Source: Macrostomum hystrix
Lineage: Eukaryota; Animalia; Platyhelminthes
NCBI GenBank assembly: GCA_950097015.1
Contig: CATNEN010000005.1
Location: forward strand, 4,216,001-4,280,000
Direction of reading: 5' to 3'
Length of the DNA: 64,000 nucleotides
The notes under the pieces were generated by a model that saw only the letters and a program-made list of their open reading frames with translations, searched no databases and was not told the origin of the DNA. The position numbers and the translations under genes are program-made. Below, piece by piece: positions 62,052 through 64,000 of this stretch. Within the stretch, counting starts at the first letter, position 1, and every line of letters starts with the position of its first letter.

Positions 62052-62997
62052 CTGGAAAAATCTATGGTTAAACTGTTAAATACTTTACTTATTTTAGTAT
62101 CTATGGTCTAAACTGAATATTAAAATGCTGGTCTTGAAATAAACTGTCTAAAATTAATATTGAGTTGTCTAAATTTAACATCGGGTGTTTTGAAATAGAA
62201 TGGGAAAATGTGTATCATTATTATTATTGAGGGGCGCACGCCGATTGGGTGCTGATTTTTTGTTTATTTGATGTTTGAGGCTGAACAATTCGATTTTTAA
62301 AAAAGAAGACGATAGGAAAACAGTAGCATGCATAAGATTAATTTTAGGTGAATAAAATATTTGAAAGAAAACTAGTATTTAAAATAAACAAAGGCATTAA
62401 AACAAAAATAAAATATTGAAATTTAAAGAGAAAATAAAACTGTGACTGAAATCACTAGACTAATGTAAAAGGTTTTAAAAAATGTAACGGATTTAGTCCG
62501 AAAGCAGATTAAACTCAATAGTTAAAGGTGACTTTATTGAACCATAAATAAGTAGATTATAAGATTCCCTTGATTACTCCTTGATTAAAATTGAAATTAG
62601 GGAATTTACTAACTTTAAATAACAATTTAGATGCAAGCATGAGACGCACGATTCTAACCAACCTTTAATGACCGTAGCGACAAAAAATATGCCGAATTTT
62701 CTGGATAATGTTAAATTATGTTAATAAAGCAATTATCAGGTTTAAAATCAGCATATACAGATTAGGCTATAAAGACAATATGGAAACAAAATTAGTAAAA
62801 GTACATATATTAAAAACTTCACGCGACGCATCAAGAGCAGCATATTCGTGTATACTCAACATTACAATTTTTGCTTACAAAACAAAAAATTCGCTTTCAG
62901 GAGTAGTAAACGCTAAATAGTAGGTCAATAAATTATAAAATAGCAGGCTGCCTGAATAAAAATGTTTTTAAACAATCGACTCGAATTAGAGTTTGTT

Positions 62998-64000
62998 TCA
63001 GCGTGCATCAGCCACAATCTCCTGATACAATGTGACCTCACTTACAGGTCGCGAGTTCGAGCACCCAGCTCCATTCGCAGCATCAGCGCCACCATTTCGT
63101 TTGTCCTTTGGCATCATGGACAGGTAGGTACAGCTGATGCCGTCCTGAAATTAGAATTTCAACCTGAATCAGCAGAGAGTTCTTTGGAACAGAGTAAAGT
63201 ACTGCAACGAAAACTCGGCTTACATCACTGTTCGCATCTGTGACATTGTCAGAAGGAATCGGCTCTGGAGATGCTGCCGACAGCTGCTGCAATGGCACTG
63301 CCTCTTCGGATAACTCTGGCTTCACTGACTTTGCTGGAGGTGTCATTGGTGCGGCCCTCTGAAAGTTTAAAAAAATTGTGAGCTGAAGATTCAGAAGAGC
63401 TTTTATACTAGTTATTTAGAGTACCCAGATTAGGACAATCCTACCTTTCTTCGCCAAAAACATATGATGAGAACTGACAAGATGAGGGTGCAAGCAATGC
63501 TCAGTCCAAGGAAATTAATATAAATCGATCTTTTATACTCGTTGCCTTCTACAAATTTCGAACGGTGACTTACGAGTACATGTGCGTGGCTAGTGAGTGA
63601 AGCAAATCTGTACCTTTTGTTTTTGAGGAGTTCACACTCGCGTTCTCATAGATTTCAAAGTGTGAACTCGGAAAAGAAATCGTCTTAATCACACTAGACG
63701 GCAGCCAGGAAACATTCGCTTGAGCTGCAGTGCATTTCAGTGTGACAAGCGTTCCGTTTTCCCCTTGACAGCAGTTGAGGCACTTCCAGTGTGATGTCAA
63801 GGAGTCAAGGGTGGAGCTGATGAAGCTCTTATTCCATGCCTCACTCGACACTGTCAAGTTGTTCCCGAAGCTATCGAATGCACTGCACTGATGCTCTGAT
63901 TTTGGGTCTGAGCTGGAAGATAAGAAGCTGAATGTCACGTGACCTGACGGCTCTTCGCTGCAGCTCGAGTTGTCAACCGTGATTTCCAGTGTCTCTGGTG
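62998..64000 (-). CDS. Receptor copy E, a divergent paralog, 5' part outside the window. Exons >64000-63614, 63548-63445 (TM), 63358-63224, 63144-62998.
   Basis: Ig2-like PPETLEI...SDPKSEHQC...WKCLNC...VTLKCTA aligns with copies A-D; TM IYINFLGLSIACTLILSVLIICFWRRK; tail SCTYLSMM...NSRP.SEVTLYQEI. Exon phases are consistent. Confidence 0.78.

Overview
Eukaryotic (invertebrate) genomic DNA with GT-AG introns, AT-rich introns and many minisatellites and TE relics. The style resembles a Macrostomum-type flatworm, but that is inference only. The left half carries three conserved plus-strand genes: an inactive rhomboid (iRhom/RHBDF), an intronless HOP2/PSMC3IP, and RPAP1. The right half (28.8-64 kb) is a minus-strand tandem array of an unrecognised type-I membrane receptor family that I reconstructed by hand-splicing: signal peptide, F-type-lectin-like domain, two Ig-like domains, stalk, TM and a tyrosine-motif tail. 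It has four apparently intact copies (A-D), one divergent partial copy (E), a duplicated tail and two orphan fragments. The copies are exon-level mosaics of each other. Interspersed elements include a Merlin derivative with a 9-bp TSD, a decayed hAT transposase, two mariners (one with ~190-bp TIRs, nested in a LINE), a Polinton/Maverick-like remnant, a Helitron-like element filled with minisatellites, and at least two tRNA-derived SINE families. All family assignments come from motif recognition by eye; no database searches were run.
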